In this document: piece by piece, positions 33,031 through 45,025 of the stretch
Layout: every line of letters begins with the position of its first letter
Numbering within the stretch: the first letter of the stretch is position 1
Assembly: GCA_032718475.1 (NCBI GenBank)
Contig: JAUCBJ010002204.1
Location: forward strand, 1-50,518
Length of the DNA: 50,518 nucleotides
Direction of reading: 5' to 3'
Origin: Nemertoderma westbladi
Lineage: Eukaryota > Animalia > Xenacoelomorpha
Position numbers and translations under genes: made by a program
The notes under the pieces: generated by a model
Databases searched by the model: none
Told to the model about the DNA's origin: nothing
Seen by the model: only the letters and a program-made list of their open reading frames with translations

Positions 33031-33715
33031 TAGGTAAAATTGGCAGGTAAAAACAACATTTATTGTTTTGGTTAGAAAATCCTGCCTCTGTGACCTGTTC
33101 TTTTCTTTTATTAGTAGGTAAAAATAACGTCATTTCCATCTTCCTACATTCCCACCCATCTTCCCACATTCCCACCCACCTTCCCACATTCCCATCCTCC
33201 CACATTCCCATCCATCTCCCACATTCCCATCTTCCGACATTCCCATCTTCAAAACAACAAACAATATTGTTACCTAAGGAGGGAAAGGAACAGGTTGCAC
33301 TGGGGGACTTTTCTAACCAAAACAATAAACGATATTGTTACCTAAGGAGGAAAAGGAACAGGTTGCAGTGGGGGACTTTTCTAACCATAACAATAAACGA
33401 TATTGTTAACAATTGAGGGAATGTTTACTAAATCGTAAGAACCTATGTTCCTAAATATTAATGTTCAACTGATACCTTCATCTCCATCAATAACGTTCCT
33501 TTCAATCGGACAAATGGACATAAGAAAACCCACTCAATAATTATACAAATATTAGCAGCAACATCTCAAGCATTTCTAAAAAGCGGCTGGACCACTTGAT
33601 GGTATAACGTGGATATAGTAGCAGTGGCATTGAAAGCAGCAGCACTACCATCGCAAAAACACTACCATCGATCTTACACAAAGTAAAGTTCATGAACTTG
33701 GCCAAACTGATTTAA

Positions 33716-33979
33716 GGGGGATTTTCGGACAACTCTTCGATTTATCACTCTCAGCGTTTCAAAATTGTTTGGTTTTGGCTAAAATTTGGAATATAGGTGC
33801 ATAAGATGTTATTCTACATGACAGGTCAGAAATTTTTTTTTTCACTATTTCATATTAGTTAATACAATAAAATAGGACATGGGGTCTTCCCTCAGATACT
33901 ACCTAGCGACAAAAAAATTTCTCATATTTTGTACCAAAATGGTGTTTGGTCTTCCCAACCATCCCCCCCCCCCCCTCCC
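33716..33979. mobile_element. 264-bp insertion at a TTAA site (Kolobok/piggyBac-type target)
   Basis: TTAA-GGGGGAT...ATCCCC..CCC-TTAA. Absent from the paralogous inverted arm at about 29870-29890. Confidence 0.6.
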
Positions 33980-34395
33980 TTAATACCATATTATATAAAA
34001 ATATTTCGCGGATTATTAAATGTCGGATCATATTAGTAATTTCATTTTACATAATCTAACAGGCACCAGAGATCTCAACACAGAAATATATAGGGACATT
34101 ATGGTCACTGTTATCTTTTATGAGAACAGTAGATTGTCCTAATACTACACGTTGCAACGGGGCTGTGAGGTTGAGACTAATCTGGAATCATCAACTTAAA
34201 AATGTTAGTATGTCCTATATAGGGCTTGGTACTGTATTACATACACCAAGGCATGGAACTCATTTCCTAGACCGCGACTGAATTCAAAGCTGGAGCACAA
34301 TTATAGCAAAAACTCATTCCTGGGTCAACTAAATCCGCGATAAAAACACCAACGTGCAATCGACAGTTTTTTCATTTCATTTGAAATAGTATTAT

Positions 34396-35616
34396 TGTAG
34401 GGCGAGCCAGGAAAGTAAGCGAGCTTAGCATACGGTACGGGTACAAATAACTCAATCGGTGTGTCTGTAGATCTGTCGTTCTGTAGATCCGTGTTTTTAT
34501 ACGTTAACAACTCGATCAATCCTCGATAAAATATAACCAAACTTGGTACACATGTGCTGCGTGAATCCTTTCATGTTTTGTGTAGGGGCATCTCATTATG
34601 ATCAAAAGGCTTTCCGAGCTGCACGATAAATTAATGTGCTGTGTGAAGAGGAAGTGGTACGTGAAACCTTCACGTACTGTGCGAAGGTTTCACGTGCTGC
34701 GCATAGCTTAATGTTCTGTGTAAAGGCTTATTGAAAAAATATATGGAAATTGTTATATAATTTTGAAATTTTGTTGAAGGTTGTATCATTATACCATGAC
34801 TACTTATTAAGAAATGGCGAAATGGTATGCCATCAAATCTAAACACCAAAATGAAATTTGTTCACGGGCTGCGCGCAGGGTTTTTGGGCACGCGGTCTAA
34901 AAATTCAACAGGTTTTTAAAAGTGGGTTGGGGTTTATTTGAACCAAGATTCATGAACTCCATTGGGAAATCACAAAATGGGTAGGAGATAGATAACCAAT
35001 GGGAAAAGAAAAGGAGATATCAGTTACATGAAAATAGCCGGAAAATTTGATATGTATTGTTCTTAAACTTAAAAAATGCATTTATCTTTGAATTGTATTT
35101 TTCACATTTAAAATACTACTACTCAGCCATTTCTTAACCAATTGTCGACATTTTTTTTGTTTCATTTGTTTTCGGCTTTTAATCAAAAATTATAATTTTG
35201 AATTGTGCCATATTCATTTCTTGAAATTTGTTAATATGCTGTATAATAAATAATAATTAATATTAGTTAATAATATTAAAAAAAAAATAAAGATCCAAAA
35301 AATGTAACTGATTAGTTTTGTGGAGCCAATGGTGCTGATTCAGAAAAACCTAATATCGAAAATTTTCTCCCAAAATTGGGAGAAAAAAATTGTAGTGTTT
35401 TTAGTGAAATTAATAATTTCGCTGGTGGCCGCTAGAGGGCGACGCAAATTTAAAAATGTTTTATTTGAACCCAATCTTTGGCTATATGTTGATCACCCTA
35501 AAGGTATAAAATATATAAAACTACCCGCGAACACAAATTATAGCCATCTGGAAAAAGCTCCATAAGGGGGTATACCGTCACACCCGGGGGGGGGGGGGGG
35601 GGGGGGGGTGACCACC
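34396..35616 (+). mobile_element. Non-coding interspersed repeat 'module A', DINE-1/Helentron-associated-like (other copies: 1-780; 3312-3370 + 21977-22760; 28235-29660 reversed)
   Basis: Four copies in the window. 5' GGCGAGC..GCGAGC motif, GTCT-rich tract, AAACTTGGTACACATG core and a 3' GTCAC..GTGAC hairpin before TT. The family assignment is inferred. Confidence 0.5.
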
Positions 35617-35783
35617 TTAGCCTTCAACTCACTCTCCCGACCACGTATGTTCAGCATACTGGCAGCATATGGTATTCCTGAGGAAATTACTGCAGCGATC
35701 AGTTCACTGTAAGATGGTTCCACCACATTTGTGTTTAATGCTGATGGTGACTCAGATCCATTCGAAGTGTTATAGAGAATCCT

Positions 35784-36921
35784 GGTATACAGACGTTTCG
35801 GCCTAGGACGTTTCGGTCCAAGACATTTCGGCCCGGACATTTCGGCCCGGACGATTCGGCCCGGACGTTTCGGCCCATGACTGTAACCGAATGAAAAGGC
35901 CAACTTGTTTGATATGATAATAAAAAAAATTAAATTATTATTCATTAAAATTATAATTATTTCACAATAACATACAAACACATAATGAAATATCTTTCAT
36001 GAAATGGCTATTTAATTTATTTCAAAATAAAATAAACATTATGCATGTGGTGCTCTGCCACATTATGTTTTGCGGCCGAAAAAATGCAAGTCAGAACAAT
36101 ACTTTTGGTACCAAGTACCACATTGCTAATATACTACAGTACTAAAGCGAATCAATTTCACGAACCATGTAGGGCTTAAATCTCGTCGGATCGATATATT
36201 TTGGAGATACTTCATTAATTGTAAACATTACTCAATTGATAATTGTTGTAGCTGGACAGTGTGTTGCAGCTACAGTATGTCTTAATGATCTGTGGAAACA
36301 ATAACTCTCATCTTCGATGGTAGATGATTTATACCCTTAGATAACGACGTATAATGCTTTTATTAATACATATTTTATTTCACTTCACATCCACTCTGGT
36401 CCTTTTAATACGCATTTCCTCTAAATTTAAATTTAATACGCATATATTTCATCTAAATTTAAATTTAATACGCATATATTTTATCTCATTCCATATGACA
36501 TCCAGTCTGTCTCATAATTATTAGCAATGCCCCTTTAATGGAATATTTCTTATCTATTGTACTTTATTTATTGACTCACATTTTAAAATACATATGTCTT
36601 TAACTATTACTTTACCTTTATTATATTACCTATTACCTTTACTGTTACTTACTTTTAACTATCTAACTTAACTGTATTAACTAATGTTAATTTGTCAGCA
36701 TATGTTATCTTTGTTCTAAGTTACAGTATGGTGTAAATTTATATTAATAAATAATAATAATAATATTACATTAGTTATTATTTATAAATATAATGTAGAA
36801 CTTCGATCTTGACGACTTTCAAACAAGTGTCGGAGCTGTTCCTACTGACAACTCCTCTTGTAACGAATGTAACAACTATACAAAACAAATATATTGAAAA
36901 ACTAATTATTAATAGCTTACC
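35784..36921. mobile_element. Non-autonomous TIR element (Mutator-like) with GACGTTTCGGCC subterminal arrays, inserted in an RTE-like RT
   Basis: Left end GGTATACAGACGTTTCGG (also at 948 and, reversed, 28067). Right end CCGAAACGTCTGTTACC is intact in the copy at 22762-23817. Flanks GGGAATCCT (939-947) and CGGAATCCT (23818-23826) form an 8-9-bp TSD. Confidence 0.7.
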
Positions 36922-37351
36922 CGGTATCCTCCACAGGGAGACAGACTTGCGCCATTCTTGTTCATAATTGTGGATTTTCTACGCATGTCCTTAGACCATC
37001 TTAACAAAGATGGGGTGATGGTAACAGCACCTACTGGCACAAGAAGTAGGTAAAATCCAGCAAAGTACCTTACTGATCTAGACTTTTCTGAGACTTAGGG
37101 GTAATGTCAGAATCACTAGAGGGAGCCCAAAGGCTCCTCTACTCATTGGATCAGGTTGTTTCTAGTGTTGTTTGTAAACTCCAAGAAGACCAAAATCATG
37201 AGGGTGAACCTAGACAGCCCTCAATAAATTTCGGATCGTAAGAGCATAAGCTCTAGCTACGGCTTGCTTGAGCACGTGGATAACTTCTGCTACTTGGGAT
37301 CATTGATCCGAAAGTCAGGTGAAGACATTCGGATACGTAAGCGGAAGGCAT

Positions 37352-40300
37352 ATCCGACAAGACTATCTGGAATGGCCAACAGTATCGGCAAACAGATAAA
37401 CGATGAAATTGATCGTCATTTAATGCAATCACCAAGCGTAGAAGTAGAGGATCAACAAGGAGAATCAGCCAGCCACAATGAAGATCGAACAAACAATCTT
37501 CTATCTTCCAAGGAACGGAAATCTCTTGTCAATTCAATTAAGACCCTAATCGACTACGAAATTAACCAAATGCATGACAAACTTCAACTATTATCACAAA
37601 ATCTAAAGGAAGCTAAGGTTTTGTTGAAAGATCTTCAACTTGAACAAGATAGGATCGAACAGTTCTCACGCACTAATTGTTTACTCCTACACGGAATCCC
37701 TAATGAACGAAAATCTGAGTAAAACGAAGACGACACTGTTCATGATGTCCTCAAATTCATCAATGACGACATGGAGGTTCCGATTTCGGAGGAAGATATT
37801 GATCGCTGCCACCGGTTACCTGTTGATACATGCCAAGATTCGAATCCAGCTATATTTATAAAATTTGTGCGATACCGGTGTCGGTCTACCCATGGAATAC
37901 TAAACATAGATCTATATTTAGTATTCCATGGTCTACGGTATTGCGCTCTGCATTTAAGCTGCATTCTACTGGGAAGTTCATAACCGAGTCGCTCACCAAA
38001 CGCCGCTACGACGCGCTGAAGAAAATAAGAGAGAAAGGGGTTGGTTGGTCGATGGATGGCCGTCTATTTGCTAACTGTCTTTCTGGATACGCAACACCAA
38101 TCGATGATATCAACGATCTGAGGCTAGTCAAAGACATCAGTACAGAGGAGAAGATGATGTGAAGTGGCAAGAATACATTTCTCGGATTCAAATAAATACA
38201 AAAGTTAATTTTTAAAATATTTATCTCTTAGGTTAGAATTATACAAATGCTAGTTAAATATTATACTACAGTAGGATAGGAAAGATTAGACTACATTAAG
38301 TTTCTGCTTCCGTTTAAAACTGCATCCTATATACAGTAGTTAGCTACGCCATACTATATCACATAAGACCTACGTAGTGATATCTGTGAGGGTCAGATGA
38401 AAGGGATAGACTGACAATTGGGTGAGGATTGGGTTCATGGGGTATTTATAGGTCGCGGCTAGATCATTAGGATTTAGTCTAATAGCTTAGGTATAAAATA
38501 AACTTATTTAGGTAGTAAGCTAATTTTATTTTTAACTATAAGTCCAACTCTGCTACTTTTAAATTTCTTTATATGACCAGAAAAAAATGTTCCTTCTGTT
38601 ATAGAATAATTAACAAAAATGTTGCTGATATACAGTGTGCATCTTGCTCACACATACAGTATGTCACATAAAATGTTTACCGGGTATGGAACGAAAAGAC
38701 TATAACTATTTTAGGAACTTAGACCATTGGTTATGTCTTAGTTGTATAGAGAATTCCCTGCCATTCCAAAAAATCAAAAATTACGAAGAATATATTTTAA
38801 CTTTATTTAACTTCCGTTTACCATCTGTGGTGAATCTTGATCTCTTAGATAATACATTTTTTGGACGATGATTTAATGAACCTATGGATTTGATCCTGAT
38901 GCAAAATTTTTCAATAACTTCAATCCAAAATGTAAATATTACAAAAATCCATCCGAAGTTGGTTGTATTGTAAGGCGGAGCAATCATTTGCTATAATGCA
39001 GGCTAAGTTCAGAAGATTAAATAAAAATTTAGAAGAACTTGAACAATTATTGCTATGTTTAAATAATCAACCAGCGGTTATAGGACTGAGTGAAACATGG
39101 CAAACCGAACAAAATCACGACTTGTTTCCTTCGAAAAACTATAATTTTTTCTACAATTCTCGAAAAGATACTGTAGGTGGGGGTGCTGGAATATACGTCC
39201 GTGACGACCTTGAGTGTGATAGGCGACACGACTTAAGATCTTTTAAGAGCGGTTTATATGAGACAATTTTTGTTTAATGGAGTAGAGGAAACAATAAAAA
39301 TGTAATTTTTGGAAACATATATAGTCCCCCCAATACATATATCCAGGCATTTCTGGAGCTGCTAAAAATAGACCTTGAAAAAATATAAATAATGAAAGGA
39401 AGATATGATATTTAAGTGGAAATTTTAACATTAATATTCTACACGCAAATGATTGCTCAGTGCCGCAAAATTTCATTGAGTTATTAAATCAAACATTTTT
39501 CGATCTACTAGTTAACAAACCAACACGAATTACGGAGCACACTGCAACCTCATTTGATAATATTTTAACTAATAACTACACTACCATTATACTGGAATCT
39601 TGTTAGCCAATATTTCAGATCATCTACCTATCATAACGTTTTGTATATGATACTTGAAAGTACCAACAAACTGACTAATGGGGCTTGGTGGGCAAAAAAA
39701 TTATACTTTAGTGATGAACTGTTAGAAAAATTAAAGGGTAATTTAAAAGGGTAAATTAGTAAAAGTTGGGGTGTAATAAAGTCGCTAATGCCCTCCCATA
39801 AAAGAAAATCACAATACACCTCATCGTTCCTTGTAATAAATAGATTTGTGGAAGATGGCACTGAGATTGCAAACGGATTCAATGAGCACTACTCGTCATT
39901 TGGGCAACAACTAGCAGCAAAAATACCTTCAACCAATGAATCGATTTACAAATACCTACAAGGTGGGCAATGCACATCAATGTTTCTCTCAAAAATTTCA
40001 AAAGATGAACTCAAAAATATAGTTTCCTCCTTAGCTAATAAACAAGCAATTGGACCTGATCTAATAAATCCATCTATAATAAAATATGTATTTAATCATA
40101 TTACTGACCCTTTGCTACACATAATTAACTCCTTTGGAAACTGGAATTGTTCCTAGAGCTATGAAAATAGCAAAAATTACTCCTATTTGCAAATCAACTT
40201 CCTTGGCTCAATTTAAATGCAGATGTAAACGAATCGTCATCGACTCTTACAACTCAGAATAAATATATAATTAAAATAGATATATAATAATATCATTATA

Positions 40301-40636
40301 AGTCAACAACTCGTGTCATAACAGTCATTAATTTCTATGTTTATGTCTTTTACCTGTTCGTATTTTTATAATATAATGAAAGCAACATAAATTATATTAC
40401 ATATTTTCTCCAAAATATTTGATCTTGGGATCCTCCCATGCGCACAAGCGATGCTTTGTATGTGTGGATTACCAGGCGGAGTTGATTTACAGAAGGGTAG
40501 AGTAGATGTTCCATTAATAGGTAGGTGGGGGGGGGGGGGGGGGGGGGGCTGATATTTGCATGGTGAGGTTTTACTTAGTAGTCTATATTATTAAGCAAAT
40601 ACACGAGCTTTCACGACCTCAACAATCAATCAATCA
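37352..40636 (+). mobile_element. Degenerate CR1/L2-group LINE (ORF1, PHD-like, APE endonuclease; most of RT deleted) inserted in the RTE relic
   Basis: ORF1 EQFSR.NCL..HGIP, IDRCHRL, AIFIKF, FITESLT. H.KC...WLC.SC. APE motifs IGLSETW, GGG.GIYV, GNFNIN, PTRIT, SDHLP. (CAAT)n tail and AAGGCAT/AATGCAT flanks. Confidence 0.82.
37891..37930. mobile_element. 40-bp palindromic CATGG..CCATG mini-element with a 7-bp TSD-like flank (expanded copy at 24798-24862)
   Basis: CATGGAATACTAAACATAGATCTATATTTAGTATTCCATG between GTCTACC and GTCTACG. Removing it restores LINE ORF1 (..FVRYRCRSTVLRSAFKL..). Confidence 0.75.
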
Positions 40637-42638
40637 AATGCATGGGCAGCGTTAAATAGTCTGTCAAAGATTTGGAAGTCCCATAGAATAAAACGGAACC
40701 TTAAGGTTCGATTATTTTTGGCTGCAGTAGGCCTACCAGTACTCCTATATGGTAGTCCATGCTGGGCTCTAACTGCCGAGGACACCAAATTTCTGGATGG
40801 CATTGCACTTTCACAAGAATGCTGCGCCGGGTTCACTGTCTCAACTACAATGAACACATCTCCAATCAGTCTCTATACAACATAGCAGGTGTTCCATTAG
40901 TCTCCCCTGCTTGATACTATAACAAAGCCCCCTCCGCTTTGTAGGACATTGCTTTGGCTGTGAGAACCAGCCAGTGCATATGAGAACCAGCCAGTGCATA
41001 ATCTTGTGCTTCGGCAGCCTCGAGTAGTGAATAAGCATGGTGGACGCCCATGACTTTCTGAGACTCATCCTAAAGGACACTGGCCTTGTAGATGCGGATG
41101 ATCTAGAAAATGTCATGGGTGATAGAGAGTCGTGGCGGCGCAATTTCGTGGACAATCCGGCACAGCATTCTTAATATATATGTAATGTATATATATATAT
41201 ATATAGCAGCTGCAATGCAGCATGCCGATCGTAGTAGTATTTATGGTGACTGTCTGGCCGTAGGCCCGGTGAATAAGAGTCTATAATGTTTAGCTACTGT
41301 ATACTGCTATACAGTATGATTTACATATATTGCGCTGACCAGTAACCTTCCGTGACAACCGTTAGACCATGAGGTACAAAACGATGCACACTGTATGGAT
41401 GTAAAGTGCCAACTGCAGCCCTTTGCAGGGTTCGGCCTACAGTAGCTAGCAATCACCTGACTCAACTGTGAATTTGTAAACGGAAAAACGAATGAGATGA
41501 ATCGGCTTGCTGCAAGAGAACTAATGAGTTCCCTTAGTAGCCGGTGTTTGTTCTGGCTAATATTGGTAAATTGGCTCCCCTCCCACTCTGTGATAGGAGC
41601 GCATAACGGGAGGCATCCGATAACACAGCTTTTAATGAATACGCAAGCTCGAATAATGCGCAAGCTCATGTTTACAGTACGGCGCGCAGCCACACAACCC
41701 CGTTACCGTAACATTGACCGATTTGACATACGCGTAACGTATGCATATGCGTAGGTGAATACTGTTTACTGATTGGTCCAGATGAGATAGGAGATTATTG
41801 TCATGCTAAATACTTAGGCCTCAGTATTTGAAACTGTAAGAAACTATTACTGTTTCAAACTTTATGCAATCTCATTAACATTAGAAGAAAAATTTTGGGG
41901 GGGGGGGGAGTATGGCCTACCTACCTGAATAACGACACTACTGTATGTGTATGTAACCGGCCTTAGACATAAATGTTAAAAGTTTGCACATAAATTTGCA
42001 CTACTTATTTTTTTCGTTTCCCAGGGGGCACATTTCCAATTACCTTTGTTTTGTATTACCCTCGTGAACTGTTTTTATAGCTGTCAATTTGGGTTAAATG
42101 TTAATATTACGATTTTATCATAGTCATTCACTACTGCATATGGAAGGCCAAATAGTCTTAATACAAAGATTATAAAATTAATCGCCTTCCCTTAGCGGCA
42201 GACGGCGGAATAAAAATTTCACTATAAACATTACTACTCCCTCAATCTTATTCCGAATTTCACGGAAACATTTTTTGTATTCAGTGCAATCGAATCCACA
42301 AAAGTTATCGCCATTTTAATTTTAATTAATTTAATAACTTTTTATTTAAAATAGGTAAATTACAAAATTACACAATATTAATTTGAAAATGAAAATTGGT
42401 ATTCCAAGAAAATTGACTTTGCAAAATATCTGCATGTGGTCTGATTGATTAATAACTATTGCACGACCAATGGTGAAAATAATCATATAATATACTGTCA
42501 GTTTAAGATAACAAAGTGCACGCATATATAGTTTGTAAGTAAAGGGATGAACAGACCGACAGACGAGGTACCGCAGTTTATTTTTGTTGATAAAACGGGA
42601 TTGATGTCGGTATTTTAAAGATTCCACCACCAGGAGCC

Positions 42639-44672
42639 TTAATTGGTATCTTTGTGAACTGAGTGTTTGTGTTTCTTTAGATTCCCTTTGTCACTAAATA
42701 GTTTTTCACAAGAACCGCAATTATACTTGATATCTTTATGTACTGATTCTATGTGTCTCTTCATATTTATTTTGCTAGTAAATTGTTTGTCACAGGAATC
42801 GCAAGTATACTTGATACCATTATGTACTGATTCTATGTGTTTCTTCAGATATCCTTTGTCAGTAAATTGTTTGTCACAAGATTCACAATAATACTTGATA
42901 TCTCTATGAACAGATTCTATATGTCTCTTCAGAATTATTTTGCTAATAAATTGTTTGTCACAGGAATTGCACTTATACTTGATACCTTTATGTACTGATT
43001 CTATGTGTTTCTTCTGATTTCCTTTGTCAGTAAATTGTTTGTCACAAGATTCACAATAATACTTGATATCTCTATGAACAGATTCTATATGACTCTTCAG
43101 ATTTCTTTTGCTAGTAAATTGTTTGTCACAGGAATTGCAATTATACTTGATACCTTTATGTATTGATTCTATGTGTTTCTTAAGATTCTGTTTGACACTA
43201 AATTGTTTGTCACAAGAACCGCAATTATACTTGATACCTTTATGTACTGATTCCATGTGTCTCTTCAGATTTCCTTTGTCAGTAAATTGTTTGTCACAAG
43301 ATTCACAATAATACTTGATATCTCTATGAACAGATTCTATATGACTCTTCAGATTTCTTTTGCTAGTAAATTGTTTGTCACAGGAATTGCAATTATACTT
43401 GATACCTTTATGTATTGATTCTATGTGTTTCTTAAGATTCTGTTTGACGCTAAATTGTTTGTCACAAGAACCGCAATTATACTTGACACCTCTATGAACT
43501 GATTCCATGTGTTTCTTTATAACTCCTTTGTCACTAAATTGTTTGTCACAATAAACGCATTTATACTTGATGCCTTTATGTACTGATTCTAGGTGTTTCT
43601 TTAGATTTCCTTTGTCAGTAAATTGTTTGTCACAAGATTCACAATAATACTTGATATCTCTATGAACAGATTCTATATGACTCTTCAGATTTCTTTTGCT
43701 AGTAAATTGTTTGTCACAGGAATTGCAATTATACTTGATACCTTCATGTACTGATTCTATGTGTTTCTTCTGATTTCCTTTGTCAGTAAATTGTTTGTCA
43801 CAAGATTCACAATAATACTTGATATCTCTATGAACAGATTCTATATGACTCTTCAGATTTCTTTTGCTAGTAAATTGTTTGTCACAGGAATTGCAATTAT
43901 ACTTGATACCTTTATGTATTGATTCTATGTGTTTCTTAAGATTCTGTTTGACGCTAAATAGTTTGTCACAAGAACCGCAATTATACTTGACATCTCTATG
44001 AACTGATTCCATGTGTTTCTTTATAACTCCTTTGTCACTAAATTGTTTGTCACAATAAACGCATTTATACTTGATGCCTTTATGTACTGATTCTATGTGT
44101 TTCTTTAGATTTCCTTTCTGTGTGAACAATTTATCGCCTTAAACGCATTTATACTTGATACCATTATGTACTGATTTTATGTGTATCTTCAGATATCCTT
44201 TTTGAGTAAATTGTTTGTCACAAAACCCACAATTATACTTGATACCTTTATGTACTGATTCCATGTGTTTCTTTAGATGACTCTTAACACTAAATTGCTT
44301 TTCACAAGAACCGCATTCACACTTGATACCTTTATGCAATGATTGTTTACGATTCTTTAAATTTACTTTGCGATTAATTTGCTTACACTTGAGAACGGAT
44401 TTAGCAATAACTTCACAAGGAGATGGTTTCCCAATACAGAAATCTTGTCTTATAACTCGAGGTTTATCTTCAGAAGTACCACAAATAGCTCCCGCTTCTG
44501 ATTTAAAACTGATAACGTTTAAACCGCTGTTTGTGTTGCCGATTTCGTTATTAACAGGTGGTGGAGTGACGCATTTCTCTTATTCCTCCTCACCGGACTG
44601 AGAATCACTTTCATCTGCCATGATACGATCCAGTAAATCCCAGGCAGCGTCACTCAAAGTATTCGAAGACAT
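42639..44672 (-). pseudogene. C2H2 zinc-finger gene copy 2 (about 20 fingers; two in-frame TAA stops)
   Basis: ATG at 44672 is homologous to the other copies. Q31 changed to TAA at 44580-44582, with a second TAA at 44139-44141. Long finger ORF 42639-44129. Confidence 0.85.
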
Positions 44673-45025
44673 ATTTAATAGAATTCGGACTAATTGACGT
44701 ATAAATGTGACAGTCTAAATATTACCAATATAATTCAATTTAATGACACAAACCTCACCAGTTGTGGCGTTTAATACTCTCTGGGTTTGGCTGACTGTAA
44801 CTGATTCCGTGTGAGTCTTTAGATGTCCTTTGTCATTAAATTGTTTTTCACAAGAACCGCAATTATACTTGATGCCTTTATGTACTGATTCCGTGTGTTT
44901 CTTCAGAATCTGTTTCCCAATGAATTGTCTGTCACAAGAACCGCAATTATACTTGATACCTTTTATGTACTGATTCTATGTGGATCTTCAGACTCTGTTG
45001 GTCACTAAATTGTTTGTCACAAGTA

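Larger units (their letters stand above)
35617..41173 (+). pseudogene. Degenerate RTE-like non-LTR RT, split by two nested insertions (pieces 35617-35783, 36922-37351, 40637-41173)
   Basis: The pieces read in order: AFNSL.R..MF.IL.AYGIP, TADGDSDPF, QGD.LAPFLF, YLTDLDF, FCYLGS, KA|WAALNSLSKIWK, LLYGS. Partial copies at 781-947, 23818-24252 and 28068-28234 (reversed). Confidence 0.8.

Noticed and set aside
31997-33416. Pro/His-rich and Gly/Trp-rich ORFs
   Set aside because: They are translations of the GGGAAT satellite, which lacks stop codons in several frames.
41200-42638. Unassigned non-coding stretch with short ORFs (41307-41693, 41497-41754, 42346-42630)
   Set aside because: It probably holds further non-autonomous repeats, but there is no second copy, terminus or protein motif in the window to support a call.
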